Assembly: GCA_963786935.1 (NCBI GenBank)
Contig: CAWBAN010000001.1
Coordinates: 480,001-544,000 of the forward strand
Length of the DNA stretch: 64,000 bases
From: an uncultured bacterium
Lineage (GTDB): Bacteria; Krumholzibacteriota; Krumholzibacteriia; Krumholzibacteriales; Krumholzibacteriaceae
Reading direction: 5' to 3'
Part shown: positions 9,105 through 19,455 of the stretch, piece after piece
Layout: each line of letters opens with the position of its first letter
How positions within the stretch are numbered: position 1 is the first letter of the stretch
Notes under the pieces: model-generated
Databases searched by the model: none
Seen by the model: only the letters and a program-made list of their open reading frames with translations
What the model was told of the DNA's origin: nothing
Translations under genes and position numbers: made by a program

Positions 9105-10250
9105 ATGGATCAGGAGGAGAAGTATCTGCGCCGCGCGCTCGAGCTCGCCGAACATGGGCTCGGGGAGACATTTCCGAATCCGCTCGTCGGGGCCGTCATC
9201 GTTCAGGGAGACCGGATCGTCGGCGAGGGCTGGCACCGGGGCCCCGGATTCCCCCACGCGGAAGTCGAGGCGATCCGCGGCGCGGGGGACCGCGCGAGCG
9301 GGGCCGCGCTCTACCTCAATCTCGAGCCGTGCTGCCACTACGGGCGCACGCCCCCCTGCACGGACGGCATCGCGGAGGCGGGGATTTCGCGCGTCGTGTT
9401 CAGCATGTACGATCCCGACGCCCGGATGCGGGGCAAGGGCGCGGCGGCTCTCCGGTCGCGCGGCATCGACGTCCGGACGGGGGTGTGCGCGGCCGAAGCG
9501 CTTGAGCTCAATCTTCCCTACGTGCACCGAAACCTCACGGGCAAGCCGTTCGTGATGCTCAAGCTCGCTTCGACCCTCGACGGCAGGCTCACGTGGGGCG
9601 CCGAGCGGGGCTATATTTCGGGTGAGAAGGAGCAGCGCTACATACACCGGCTGCGGGCGTGGACGGAAGCGATCGCGATCGGGATCGGCACGGTTTCGAT
9701 CGACAAGCCGAAGCTCGACCGGCGTCTCTTCCGCGAGGGGATGCGGCCTCCGGTGCGGATGGTGTTCGATTCGGCGCTCCGGTTCCCCGAGGATTACCCG
9801 TGGCTCGCGCGCAAGGAGCGCGTGCTCATCTACTGCCTGACGAATGTCGATCCGATCCGGAGGCGGGAGCTCGAGACGGCGGGCGCCGAGGTCGTGCTGC
9901 TGCCGCGCGGGCCCCACGGGGTCGATCTCCGCGCCTGGCTTGAGGACGTCACGGCGAAAGGAATCACCGGGGTGATCGTCGAGGGGGGAGGCGAGGTCGC
10001 CACCGCGTTCCTCGGCGAGGGGCTCATCGAGCGTCTCGTGCTCTGCTACGCGCCGCTCGTCTCCGGACAGAGCGGCGTTGCGTGGTACCAGGACGGGCGA
10101 GGGCCGCACTGGCTCGCGCGGGGGGAGCTCAAGCTCAGGAGCTGCGCTGCCATGGACGAGGACATCGTCCTCGTGTTCGACTCGCGCAGGATCGGGGACT
10201 ATCTCGCCGCGGTGACGGAGGAGGATACGATTGTTCACTGGGCTCGTTGA
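9105..10250 (+). CDS. ribD: bifunctional diaminohydroxyphosphoribosylaminopyrimidine deaminase/reductase
   Basis: PNPLVGAV, HAEVEA, LEPCCHYGRTPPC, VEGGG. Confidence 0.96.
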   Translation: MDQEEKYLRRALELAEHGLGETFPNPLVGAVIVQGDRIVGEGWHRGPGFPHAEVEAIRGAGDRASGAALYLNLEPCCHYGRTPPCTDGIAEAGISRVVFSMYDPDARMRGKGAAALRSRGIDVRTGVCAAEALELNLPYVHRNLTGKPFVMLKLASTLDGRLTWGAERGYISGEKEQRYIHRLRAWTEAIAIGIGTVSIDKPKLDRRLFREGMRPPVRMVFDSALRFPEDYPWLARKERVLIYCLTNVDPIRRRELETAGAEVVLLPRGPHGVDLRAWLEDVTAKGITGVIVEGGGEVATAFLGEGLIERLVLCYAPLVSGQSGVAWYQDGRGPHWLARGELKLRSCAAMDEDIVLVFDSRRIGDYLAAVTEEDTIVHWAR

Positions 10251-10833
10251 GGCGATCGGCACGGTTCGCGCCGTGCGGAAGAAACCGGACGGGGCGCGCC
10301 TCGAGATCGAGACGCCGCTCGAGGGGCTCGTCGTCGGGGAGAGCGTTTCGGTGGACGGCGTCTGTCAGACGGTCGCCGCGGCGGACGGCGCGCGCTTCTC
10401 CTGCGACGTGCTCCGCGAGACGCTGCGCGTCACCACGTTCGCGCGCATCCGGCCGCGCGCCCGCGTGAACATCGAGCGCGCGCTTGCGGCCGGCGAGCGG
10501 TTCGGCGGGCATATCGTGAACGGCCACGTCGACGGGACGGGGACGGTCGCCAAAATCGTGCGGAAGCCGCTCGGCATCGAGATCGCGCTCGCGCCGGAGC
10601 TCCTCAGATATCTCGTTCCGAAGGGATCCGTCGCCGTGAACGGCGTGAGCCTCACCGTGGGCCCCGTCGTGCGGAACGGGCGCTTCACCGTGTTCGTCAT
10701 TCCCCACACGTGGGAGCACACGAATCTCCAATATCTGAAGACGGGGAGCGCCGTGAACGTCGAGGTCGACGTCCTCGCGAAGTACGTCGAGAGATCTCTC
10801 ATCAGCATGAAGAAGGAAGGTGAGCGGTGGTGA
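10231..10833 (+). CDS. ribE: riboflavin synthase
   Basis: N-terminal [29 protein letters not shown]. Confidence 0.96.
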   Translation: MFTGLVEAIGTVRAVRKKPDGARLEIETPLEGLVVGESVSVDGVCQTVAAADGARFSCDVLRETLRVTTFARIRPRARVNIERALAAGERFGGHIVNGHVDGTGTVAKIVRKPLGIEIALAPELLRYLVPKGSVAVNGVSLTVGPVVRNGRFTVFVIPHTWEHTNLQYLKTGSAVNVEVDVLAKYVERSLISMKKEGERW

Positions 10834-12098
10834 GCGCATTCAGCCGCGTCGAGGACGCGCTCGACGACATCAGGCGGGGGCGGATGGTCGTCGTCGTCGA
10901 TGACGAGGATCGCGAGAACGAGGGGGACGTTATCATGGCCGCGGAGTTCGTCACCCCCGAGAGCATCAACTTCATCGCTCGGCACGCCCGGGGGCTCATC
11001 TGCGTCGCGCTCGAGGAAGAGCGGACCGACGCGCTCCGCCTCGGGCTCATGGTGCAGGACAACACGGCGAAGATGGGCACGCCGTTCACCGTCTCCGTCG
11101 ACGCCGCGCACGGCACGACGACGGGCATCAGCGCCTACGATCGCGCCATCACCGTCCGCGCCCTCATCGACCCGAAGACGCGCCCCGAAGACCTCGCCCG
11201 GCCGGGGCACATCTTTCCGCTCCGGGCCGCGCGGGGCGGTGTGCTCCGGCGCGCGGGGCACACCGAGGCGGCCATCGATCTCATGCGGCTCGCGGGGCTC
11301 ACGTGCGCCGGCGTGTTGTGCGAGATCATGGCGGAGGACGGCTCGATGGCGCGCGTGCCCGAGCTCGTCGAGATCGCGAAACTGCACGATCTCAAGATCA
11401 TCACGATCTGCGACCTCATCGAGTACCGCCGCCGCGCGGAAAAGCTCGTGCGCCGCGTTGCCGAGGCGAGCCTGCCGACCCGTTTCGGCGAGTTCAGGCT
11501 CGTCGCGTACGAAGGGACGATCGACGGATCGGCGAGCATCGCGCTCGTGATGGGGGAGACGAAGGGGGATTCGCCGACGCTCGTCCGCGTGCATTCCCAG
11601 TGCGTCACGGGGGACGTGTTCGGCTCGCTCCGCTGCGACTGCGGCGACCAGCTCGCCGTGGCGCTCGAGAAGATCGCGAAATCGGGCACCGGCGTGTTCC
11701 TCTACATCCAGCAGGAGGGACGCGGGATCGGCCTCGTGAACAAGGTCCGCGCGTACGCGCTCCAGGATTCGGGACGGGACACGGTCGAGGCGAACGTCGA
11801 GCTCGGATTCCCGGCGGATCTCCGCGACTACGGCATCGGCGCGCAGATCCTGGCGGACCTCGGGCTCCGCAAGATCAGGCTTCTCACGAACAACCCGCGC
11901 AAGATCATCGGGCTCCGCGCCTACGGGCTCGAGATCGTCGAGCGGGTTCCGATCGAGATACCGCCGAACCGGCGGAATCTCCATTACCTGAAGGCCAAGC
12001 GGGACAAGCTCGGCCACATCTTCACCACGCTGGACGACCATGAACCGAACGCGAGCGGTGCGGCCGCCGCGCGGAAAGGAGAGCACGATGGTGCGTGA
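10830..12098 (+). CDS. ribBA: bifunctional DHBP synthase / GTP cyclohydrolase II
   Basis: [41 protein letters not shown]. Confidence 0.97.
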   Translation: MSAFSRVEDALDDIRRGRMVVVVDDEDRENEGDVIMAAEFVTPESINFIARHARGLICVALEEERTDALRLGLMVQDNTAKMGTPFTVSVDAAHGTTTGISAYDRAITVRALIDPKTRPEDLARPGHIFPLRAARGGVLRRAGHTEAAIDLMRLAGLTCAGVLCEIMAEDGSMARVPELVEIAKLHDLKIITICDLIEYRRRAEKLVRRVAEASLPTRFGEFRLVAYEGTIDGSASIALVMGETKGDSPTLVRVHSQCVTGDVFGSLRCDCGDQLAVALEKIAKSGTGVFLYIQQEGRGIGLVNKVRAYALQDSGRDTVEANVELGFPADLRDYGIGAQILADLGLRKIRLLTNNPRKIIGLRAYGLEIVERVPIEIPPNRRNLHYLKAKRDKLGHIFTTLDDHEPNASGAAAARKGEHDGA

Positions 12099-12558
12099 AA
12101 AAGCGGGGCATCTGACCGGTGCCGGCAGAAGCTTCGCGATCGTGATCGGACGCTTCAACGAGCTCGTGAGCGGGCATCTCCTCTCGGGAGCAGTCGATTG
12201 TCTCGTGCGCCACGACGTCGCGGAGAAGGATATCCACGTCTACTGGGTTCCCGGTTCGTTCGAGATCCCGCAGGTCGCCAAACGCGCCGCCGGGACGGGC
12301 GTCGACGCCGTGATCTGTCTCGGCGCGCTCATCCGCGGGGAGACCGCGCACTTCGACATCCTCGCGAATCAAGTCGTCCGCGACGTCTCGAACGTCGCGC
12401 TGGACGCGGGAACGCCCGTGTCCTTCGGCGTGATCGCCGCCGATACGCAGGAGCAGGCGCTCGAGCGCGCGGGGAGCAAGGCGGGGAACAAGGGATGGAA
12501 CGCCGCCCTCTCGGCGCTCGAGATGGCGAACCTCTGGAAGGAACTGAAGAAGAAGTAG
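12088..12558 (+). CDS. ribH: 6,7-dimethyl-8-ribityllumazine synthase
   Basis: [25 protein letters not shown]. Confidence 0.96.
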   Translation: MVREKAGHLTGAGRSFAIVIGRFNELVSGHLLSGAVDCLVRHDVAEKDIHVYWVPGSFEIPQVAKRAAGTGVDAVICLGALIRGETAHFDILANQVVRDVSNVALDAGTPVSFGVIAADTQEQALERAGSKAGNKGWNAALSALEMANLWKELKKK

Positions 12559-12573
12559 GAGGCCGGTGATCGC

Positions 12574-12984
12574 ATGAGCCGCAGGCGGAAAGCCCGGGAA
12601 ATCGCGCTCCAGACGCTCTACGCCCAGGAGGTGTCCGGAACGGAATGGAAGATCGCGTTCGATGACAACGTCGAGCGGCGGAAGCCCTCCGACGAGGTCA
12701 TCGAGTACGCCGAGCGGCTCGTGACGAACGTCATGGCGGAGCGGGAGCGCCTCGACGTCATGATCAAGGACCGGCTCGAGAACTGGGCGATCGAGCGCGT
12801 CTCGGTCATCGACCGGACGATCCTTCGCATCGCGCTCTCGGAGCTCCTCCACTGCCCCGAGGTCCCGGTGAACGTCATCATGAACGAGGCGATCGAAATC
12901 GCCCAGAAGTTCAGCTCGGCTGACGCGGGGCGGTTCGTGAACGGCGTGCTCGATCGCCTCGCGCGGGAGGTCCGGGAGCGTTGA
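12574..12984 (+). CDS. nusB: transcription antitermination factor NusB
   Basis: RRKARE.ALQ.LY, NEAIEIA.KF, FVNGVLD; usual ribH-nusB synteny. Confidence 0.96.
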   Translation: MSRRRKAREIALQTLYAQEVSGTEWKIAFDDNVERRKPSDEVIEYAERLVTNVMAERERLDVMIKDRLENWAIERVSVIDRTILRIALSELLHCPEVPVNVIMNEAIEIAQKFSSADAGRFVNGVLDRLAREVRER

Positions 12985-13712
12985 AGGTGTTCGCCTGCTC
13001 CGACGTCCACGGGAACGCGCGGGCCCTGCAGGCCGTGCTCGCCGTCTATCGCGAGCAGCGCGCGCGGGAGTTTCTCTTCCTCGGCGACTGCGTCGGGTAC
13101 GGCGCGCATCCCGACGGCTGCATCGACATGCTCCTCAATATGCCGCGCGCGCGGCTCATCCTGGGAAATCACGACGCCGCGCTCCTCGACCGGCACGAGC
13201 GCGGGGACCTGAACGCGTTCGCGGCCGAGGCGATCGGCTGGTCGGAGCGAAACCTCGGGCCGGGCCACATCGACGCGATGCGGCGTCGATTCGCGATGCT
13301 GCACGAGGGGAAGGTGTACTGCGCCGTTCACGCGTCTCCCGCGCATCCCGAGGAATGGCCGTACATCTTCTCCGAAATGGACGCCGATACGGCGTTCCGC
13401 GCGCGCGATTTCTCCCTCTGCTTCGTCGGGCACACGCACCTCCCCGCGATCTATTCGTTCGAGAAGGGAGAGTGCGCCGTCGTGGAGGGGACGCCGATCG
13501 GTCTCGATCCGAACGACCGCTATATCGTCAACCCGGGGAGCGTCGGCCAGCCGCGCGACGGGGATCCGCGCGCCGCATGCTGCGTCTACGACCCGGACGC
13601 GGGAACGATCGCCTTCCACCGGTGTGTATATGATGCGGCGGCGGAGGCGCAGGATATTTTCGACGCGGGCCTGCCGCGATTCCTCGGCGATCGGCTGCTG
13701 ACGGGAACCTGA
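12981..13712 (+). CDS. calcineurin-like metallophosphoesterase
   Basis: SDVHGN, GDCVGYG, GNHD, GHTH, NPGSVGQPRD. Confidence 0.9.
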   Translation: MKVFACSDVHGNARALQAVLAVYREQRAREFLFLGDCVGYGAHPDGCIDMLLNMPRARLILGNHDAALLDRHERGDLNAFAAEAIGWSERNLGPGHIDAMRRRFAMLHEGKVYCAVHASPAHPEEWPYIFSEMDADTAFRARDFSLCFVGHTHLPAIYSFEKGECAVVEGTPIGLDPNDRYIVNPGSVGQPRDGDPRAACCVYDPDAGTIAFHRCVYDAAAEAQDIFDAGLPRFLGDRLLTGT

Positions 13713-13734
13713 CCGGGAGCAAAGGAGCGGGGCC

Positions 13735-14502
13735 ATCGAACCGAAATCGGAACGGAAGCACTGGGACCGATTCTGGGAGCGCGCTCCCGGCGTCGAGGAC
13801 GTCTACTCGAACGAGGGGAGGGTCGCGGAGCGGATCGCCCGCCTCGGTTCCGTCGCGGGCCTGCGCGTGCTCGAGGTCGGCGCCGGCTCCGGGCGCGACG
13901 GGCTCGCGCTCGCCGCGGGCGGCGCCCGAGTCGTCTCGCTCGACTACAGCCTTCCGAGCCTGCGGCTCATCAAGGCGCAGGCCGCCGGGACCGGCTCGCT
14001 CGCCGTGTGCTGCGGCGACGCGTTCGCGCTTCCATTCGCGGACGGCACCTTCGACGTCGTGTTCCATCAGGGGCTCCTCGAGCATTTCCGGAATCCCGAC
14101 GATCTCCTCGCGGAGAACGCGCGGGTGCTGAAGCGGGGCGGCTACCTGCTCGTCGACGTACCGCAGCGGTGGCACTACTACACCGTGATCAAGCACGTTC
14201 TCATCGCGCTCCGCCTCTGGTTCGCCGGCTGGGAGCGGGAGTACTCCGTCGCCGAGCTCGAGGGGATGCTCCGCCGCCATTCGTTTTCGATTGTCTCGAG
14301 CTACGGCGAATGGTTTAATCCGCCGATATGGTACCGGATGCTGCGCCGGGGGCTCGCCCCCGCCGGAGTCCGGCTGCCGATGTATCCCCGCGTTTTCGCC
14401 GCGCTCGGCGGGGCGTTCAAGGGGGCGCGCGAGGCGTTTCTGAAGCGACGCCTCGCGCTCTACACGACGGTCGTCGTCGGCACGATCGCCCGGAAGGATT
14501 GA
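13735..14502 (+). CDS. class I SAM-dependent methyltransferase
   Basis: LEVGAGSG, GDAFALPF..GTFDVV, LLEHF; frame extends 44 codons upstream of the listed GTG to an ATC preceded by AGGAG. Confidence 0.85.
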   Translation: MEPKSERKHWDRFWERAPGVEDVYSNEGRVAERIARLGSVAGLRVLEVGAGSGRDGLALAAGGARVVSLDYSLPSLRLIKAQAAGTGSLAVCCGDAFALPFADGTFDVVFHQGLLEHFRNPDDLLAENARVLKRGGYLLVDVPQRWHYYTVIKHVLIALRLWFAGWEREYSVAELEGMLRRHSFSIVSSYGEWFNPPIWYRMLRRGLAPAGVRLPMYPRVFAALGGAFKGAREAFLKRRLALYTTVVVGTIARKD

Positions 14503-14541
14503 GTCGGGACGGACGCCGGACCGGTCCGCGGAGGACGAACG

Positions 14542-15665
14542 ATGCGGGTGCTCGCCGTGAACTGGCGCGATATCAGGAATCCCGAAGCGGGCGGCGCGGA
14601 GGTGCACCTCCACGAGATTCTCTCGCATCTCGCGCGCTGGGGGCACGGCGTCACGCTCATCGCCGCCGGCTGGCCCGGCTGCGCGAGCGACGAAACGATC
14701 GACGGGATCCGCGTGCTGCGCCGCGGCCATTGGTTCGACGCGAACTTCACGCTGCCGGTCTTCGCGTCGCGGCACATGAAGCACCACGCGTACGACGTCG
14801 TGATCGAGGACATCAACAAGCTTCCGTTCTTCATGCCGCTCTTCACGTCCGTTCCGGTCGTTCCCGTCATCCCGCACCTTTTCGGCACGACCGCCTTCCG
14901 TGAGACGAATCCGGCGATCGCGTCGTACGTCGTGCTCATGGAGCGATTCGTCCCGCTCGTCCACCGGAACTGCCGTTTCATGGTGATCAGCCCGAGCACG
15001 AAGGAGGATATCGTCGCACGGGGAATCGATCCGGAGCGCGTCGACGTCGTCCTCTGCGGGCTCGACCACGGGAGGTACCGGAACCTCGGGCTCGAGCGCT
15101 TCGCCGAGCCGACGATCGTGCACCTCGGACGCCTGCGGAAGTACAAGAGCGTCGAGGTGGCGCTCGGGGCGATGCTGAAGGTGCGTGAGCGCCTTCCCGC
15201 GGCGAAGCTCGTGATCATCGGCGACGGGCCGCATCGCCGCTCGCTCGAGCGGGAGGCGGCGCGCCTCGGTCTCGGGGATTCGGTCCGGTTCGCCGGCTTC
15301 ATGGGCGGCGACGAGCTCGTCGAATACCTGAACCGCGCGCACCTGCTCGTCAATCCGAGCCCCAAAGAGGGGTGGGGGCTCACCGTCGTCGAGGCGAACG
15401 CGTGCGGGCTGCCCGTCGTCGCGAGCGACCGGCCCGGGCTGCGGGATTCGGTCCGGGACGGCGAAACCGGGTATCTCGTGCCCTTCGGCGACGACGCGGC
15501 GTTCGCGGCGAAATCGCTCGAGATCCTCGGCGATCGCGCGCTCTGGAGCCGTATGAGCGCGAGCGCCCTCGATCGCGTCAAGGAGCTCACGTGGGAGCGC
15601 TGCGCCCGTGAAACGCTCGCGCTGCTCGAGCGCGCCGCGGGAGCGGGGGGAGGACGGCCCGGTGA
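14542..15665 (+). CDS. GT4 glycosyltransferase; 3' end disturbed by a probable 1-nt deletion
   Basis: NWRDIRNPEAGGAEVH, HLGRLRKYK, EGWGLTVVEANACG; adding one base at G6 15645-15650 puts TGA 15663-15665 in frame, overlapping the next GTG. Confidence 0.88.
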
Positions 15666-16657
15666 AGGGGAGACGGATTCTCGTCACGATCGTCAAGGTC
15701 GCGGTGAGCGCGGGGCTCATCGCCTTCCTCCTGTACAAGCTCTCCCCCGAGAACCTGATCGCCGATCTCTCGCGTGTGGACCCGTGGCAGCTCGTGCTCG
15801 CCACCGCCGTCTTCTTCGCCAGCGTCGTTCTCGGGGCCTATCAGTGGCATCTTCTCCTCAGGGCCGGCGGCATCGAGCTTCCCGGCAGGAAGACGTTCAA
15901 GGTGTATTTCGTCGGGCTGTTCTTCAACAATTTTCTTCCCGCGGGCGTCGGCGGGGACGCGATGAAGATCTACGACGTGAGCCGCATCGGCAACGATCCG
16001 CACCAGGTCTTCGCCGTCACGATACTCGATCGCGTCATCGGCATCGCGGGCCTCTGCGTGCTCGCGCTCGCCGCTTCGTTCGTCCTCCTCGCCGGGGAGG
16101 GGCTCTTCAATCTGCGACTCTACATCGTCGTATTCGCCGGGTGCGTCGCCCCGGTGCTCGCCCTCATCCTGAACAAGCGGCTCTCGCGCGGCGTGAGGCT
16201 CCTCTTCGGGAAAGTGACGCTCTGGGGGCTCGGCGGGCGCTTCGACGCGATCTTCCGCCACCTGGGGGAGTACCGCCGTCTCCGGATGCTCCTCGTCCGG
16301 CTCACGGGGCTCGCGATGGCCGTGCAGTTCCTGCGCGTCGTGACGCACGTGCTCGTGGCCCGGTCCCTCGGGATCGACGTCACCGGGCTGCAGTTCGTGC
16401 AGTTCTTCGTGTTCGTCCCGCTCCTCGGCCTCCTCATGATTCTGCCGATATCGATCAACGGGCTCGGTGTCCGGGAAGGCGCGGGAATCCTTCTCTTCAC
16501 GCAGATCGGATTCACGAAGGAGCAAGCGCTCCTCATGGAACTTATTACGTACGCGATCATGGTTGTGGTAAGCTTGACCGGAGGATATTACTTCCTGCAG
16601 CGGAGCTTCGAACGAAAAGGCAAAACCGAACCGCAAGGGGTACACACCGATGTCTGA
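15662..16657 (+). CDS. lysylphosphatidylglycerol-synthase-TM / YbhN-like putative flippase
   Basis: Multi-TM; FFNNFLPAGVGGDA, DRVIG, LPISINGLGVREGA. Confidence 0.85.
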   Translation: MKGRRILVTIVKVAVSAGLIAFLLYKLSPENLIADLSRVDPWQLVLATAVFFASVVLGAYQWHLLLRAGGIELPGRKTFKVYFVGLFFNNFLPAGVGGDAMKIYDVSRIGNDPHQVFAVTILDRVIGIAGLCVLALAASFVLLAGEGLFNLRLYIVVFAGCVAPVLALILNKRLSRGVRLLFGKVTLWGLGGRFDAIFRHLGEYRRLRMLLVRLTGLAMAVQFLRVVTHVLVARSLGIDVTGLQFVQFFVFVPLLGLLMILPISINGLGVREGAGILLFTQIGFTKEQALLMELITYAIMVVVSLTGGYYFLQRSFERKGKTEPQGVHTDV

Positions 16658-19169
16658 TTCGACGATCAACAGGCTGCTCGCCCTCGTGATCTTTCTCGTT
16701 CCCCTCGTCGTGTACACGCTCACGATGGCGCCGACGCTCGTGTTCTGGGACAGCGGCGAGTTCATCGCGACGGCGTACATTCTCGGCATACCGCACTCGC
16801 CGGGCACGCCGCTGTTTACCCTCGTGGGGCGGGTGTTCGCGATGCTGCCGCTGCCGATGGAAGCGGCGGCGCGGATCAATTTCTTCTCCGTGGTGAGCGG
16901 CTCCCTCGCCGTGCTCATGTGCTACCTCATCGCCGTGTCGACGCTCCGGTTCATGTTTCCGACGCTCACGGGAAAGCTCGGACGGTTCATGATGTATGCG
17001 GGGCCGTTCACCGGCGCCCTCTACCTCGCCTTCTCCAACACGCACTGGCTCGATTCGACGGAAACGGAAGTGTACGCGCTCAACCTGTTCGTGATGGGGC
17101 TGTGCACGTGGCTCGCGCTCGCGTGGTACAAGAATCCCACGGGGCACGCCCGGCCGCCCGCGCCCGGCGCGGGGCCGGCGATGGAGGAGGAGCGGCTCGA
17201 GCGGGGCCATTCGCGCGGCCTCGTGTACCTGATTATTTATCTGCTCGCGCTCGGCGTCAGTTTCCACCTGGGAACCGTGCTCGTATTCGGAGGAATCCTC
17301 CTCCTCTTCCTCCTCGTGCGGGAGAAATCGTTCAGCAACGCGGAGCTGATCATCTACACGTTCGGATTCGCGGTGCTCCTCGCCGACATGACGCTCTACA
17401 AGTCCATCGGGGCGACGATCGTGGGGCTCCTCATCTGGGCGGCGCTCACCGCGTGGATCACGATGAAAAAGGGACGCTTCGCGCTCGCGGCCGCGGGGCT
17501 CCTCGCCCTCGGGATCTCCGTGCACCTCTATATGTACATCCGCTCGCACCTCGATCCCGGCATCGACATGGTCGATCCCGAAACGTGGCGCGCGATGCAC
17601 TACCATCTCCGCCGGGAGCAGTATCCGCCGAGCAACATCTTCGTGCGGAAGGCGCCGCTCCTGTGGCAGTTCCAGCATTTCGGGGGCTATTTCCGCGAGC
17701 AGTTCCGCATGTTCGGCGACGCGCGCCTCGGGATCTTCAACGTCGGGGCAGCGGCGACGGCGATACCGGTCGCCCTCGGGCTCTACGGCGTCGTCGCGAA
17801 CTACCTGCGCGAGCGCAAGCTCTGGGTGCTCAACTTCACGAACCTCTTCATCAACTCCGTCGGCCTCATCCTCTACCTGAATTTCAGCGCCACCGAGGTC
17901 CGCGAGCGCGACTATTTCTACGCCGGCGCGTTTTTCTTCTTCGCCGTGTTCATCGGGATCGGCGCGACGGCGCTCCTCGTGTACCTCGCGGAGCATTTCA
18001 AGGCCAAGGTGAAGGATCCGGCGACCTACGTCGTCCCGGTGGGGGCGCTGTGCGTGCTGCTCTCCATCATGCCGGCCCGGCACAATTGGTTCACCCATGA
18101 CCGCTCCAACTACTACGTGGCGCAGGATTACGCGAGAAACATGCTCTCCGGCCTCGAGCCGGACGCGATTCTGTTCACCGGCGGCGACAACGACACGTAT
18201 CCGCTCTGGTACATCCAGAACGTCGAGCGTTACCGGACCGACGTGCGGGTCATCGTGCTCACCCTCCTCAACACGCCCTGGTACGTGAAGCAGATGCGGG
18301 ACCGTGAGCCGAACGTGCCGATAACGCTCTCCGACGCCGAGATCGATCGGATGCGTCCGATCGCGCTCAAGGACGGAAAGGTCGCGTACAACGACGACAT
18401 CGTGGTGCAGCACATCATCCAGACGGCGGGCTGGAAACGCCCGATCTATTTCGCCACGAGCGTCGCGGGGACGAAATGGAGACCGTACGAGCAGTACCTC
18501 GAGACGCAGGGGCTCGTGATGAAGCTCGTACCCCGTCAGGGGAGCCGCATGATCGATCCGTTCATGATACGACGGTGCTTCGAGGATCTGTTCCGGTTCC
18601 GCGGCATCCTGACGCCGGACGGCCGGATGGACACGACGATCTACAAGGAGAGGGACCTCAACATCACGCTCAACAACTACGGCGTCGCGGCGGCGGAGCT
18701 CGCGAACGCGTGCGGCAGGGAGAAGGATTACGCGTGCGCGGTCCGGTGGATGGAGACGGCGCTCAGTTTCGCGCCGTATCTCAAGCCGGCGAGCGTCATG
18801 CTCGGGACGTACTACTACCTCAACAAGGACCACGCCGCAGCGGTCGATTACTACCGGAAGATGGTGCAGCTCGATCCCGCGGAGCCCGAGTACCGGCTGC
18901 GCCTCGCCTGGATCTATTCCGAGACCGAGCCGGAGAAGGCGGCTAGAACCGTCGACGAAGCTATCTCCGTCATGCCGGAAAACCGCCAGTTCTATATCGA
19001 CGGCTTCCGCTACGCGGCCAAGATGGGGATGATCGACGTCGCGAAGGGTTACATCGTGCGGTGGATCGAGAAACACCCGGACGATCGCGAGATGCAGGCG
19101 GCCTTCCAGGACGTCGACAGCGTTCTCAAGGCGGATTACGGCGCCTCGAACGCGGCGGGCAAGAAGTAA
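16650..19169 (+). CDS. DUF2723/TMEM260-like GT-C membrane protein with C-terminal TPR-like repeats (copy 1)
   Basis: APTLVFWDSGEFI..AYILGIPHSPGTPLF, EVY, RERDYFY, LFTGGDNDTYPLWY; many TM segments; helical C-terminus. Confidence 0.88.
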   Translation: MSDSTINRLLALVIFLVPLVVYTLTMAPTLVFWDSGEFIATAYILGIPHSPGTPLFTLVGRVFAMLPLPMEAAARINFFSVVSGSLAVLMCYLIAVSTLRFMFPTLTGKLGRFMMYAGPFTGALYLAFSNTHWLDSTETEVYALNLFVMGLCTWLALAWYKNPTGHARPPAPGAGPAMEEERLERGHSRGLVYLIIYLLALGVSFHLGTVLVFGGILLLFLLVREKSFSNAELIIYTFGFAVLLADMTLYKSIGATIVGLLIWAALTAWITMKKGRFALAAAGLLALGISVHLYMYIRSHLDPGIDMVDPETWRAMHYHLRREQYPPSNIFVRKAPLLWQFQHFGGYFREQFRMFGDARLGIFNVGAAATAIPVALGLYGVVANYLRERKLWVLNFTNLFINSVGLILYLNFSATEVRERDYFYAGAFFFFAVFIGIGATALLVYLAEHFKAKVKDPATYVVPVGALCVLLSIMPARHNWFTHDRSNYYVAQDYARNMLSGLEPDAILFTGGDNDTYPLWYIQNVERYRTDVRVIVLTLLNTPWYVKQMRDREPNVPITLSDAEIDRMRPIALKDGKVAYNDDIVVQHIIQTAGWKRPIYFATSVAGTKWRPYEQYLETQGLVMKLVPRQGSRMIDPFMIRRCFEDLFRFRGILTPDGRMDTTIYKERDLNITLNNYGVAAAELANACGREKDYACAVRWMETALSFAPYLKPASVMLGTYYYLNKDHAAAVDYYRKMVQLDPAEPEYRLRLAWIYSETEPEKAARTVDEAISVMPENRQFYIDGFRYAAKMGMIDVAKGYIVRWIEKHPDDREMQAAFQDVDSVLKADYGASNAAGKK

Positions 19170-19171
19170 CG

Positions 19172-19320
19172 CCCGCGGTACGCGGGTCCTGTCGCCCATT
19201 GCACCCCACCCGTGCTCGCTCGCAGGGCGAGCTGCGCAACGGGTGGGGGCCCCATGGGCGCCACCCGCTACTCGAGATATCCCAGAACGCGGCCGGGGAC
19301 ACCGTCGTCGGCGGCCGCGT
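19172..19320. repeat. GC-rich multi-hairpin intergenic element (REP/MITE-like or structured RNA)
   Basis: CCCGCG/CGCGGG; nested CGCCCAT/ATGGGCG, CCCCACCCGT/ACGGGTGGGG, GCTCGCTC/GGGCGAGC; ACGCGGCCG/CGGCCGCGT. Confidence 0.55.
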
Positions 19321-19455
19321 GCTCCGAAAGCCCTCCGCTCCACCCTCGCTTTTCTCCCCGGCCCGGGCCAGAAAGTGCTTTTCAGTTCGCCGGATTTTTA
19401 GTAGTTTAAACGAGTTCCAATGTCCGGTGAGGATGTAACAAGAGGTACAAACGGA

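Noticed and set aside
14542..16689. 715-aa glycosyltransferase with a long C-terminal extension
   Set aside because: The extension is an off-frame read of the flippase gene caused by a missed stop
19193..19260. Long hairpin as SRP (4.5S) RNA or tRNA-Sec
   Set aside because: Lacks the SRP domain IV CAGG/GGAA/AGCAG motif and any cloverleaf or T-loop
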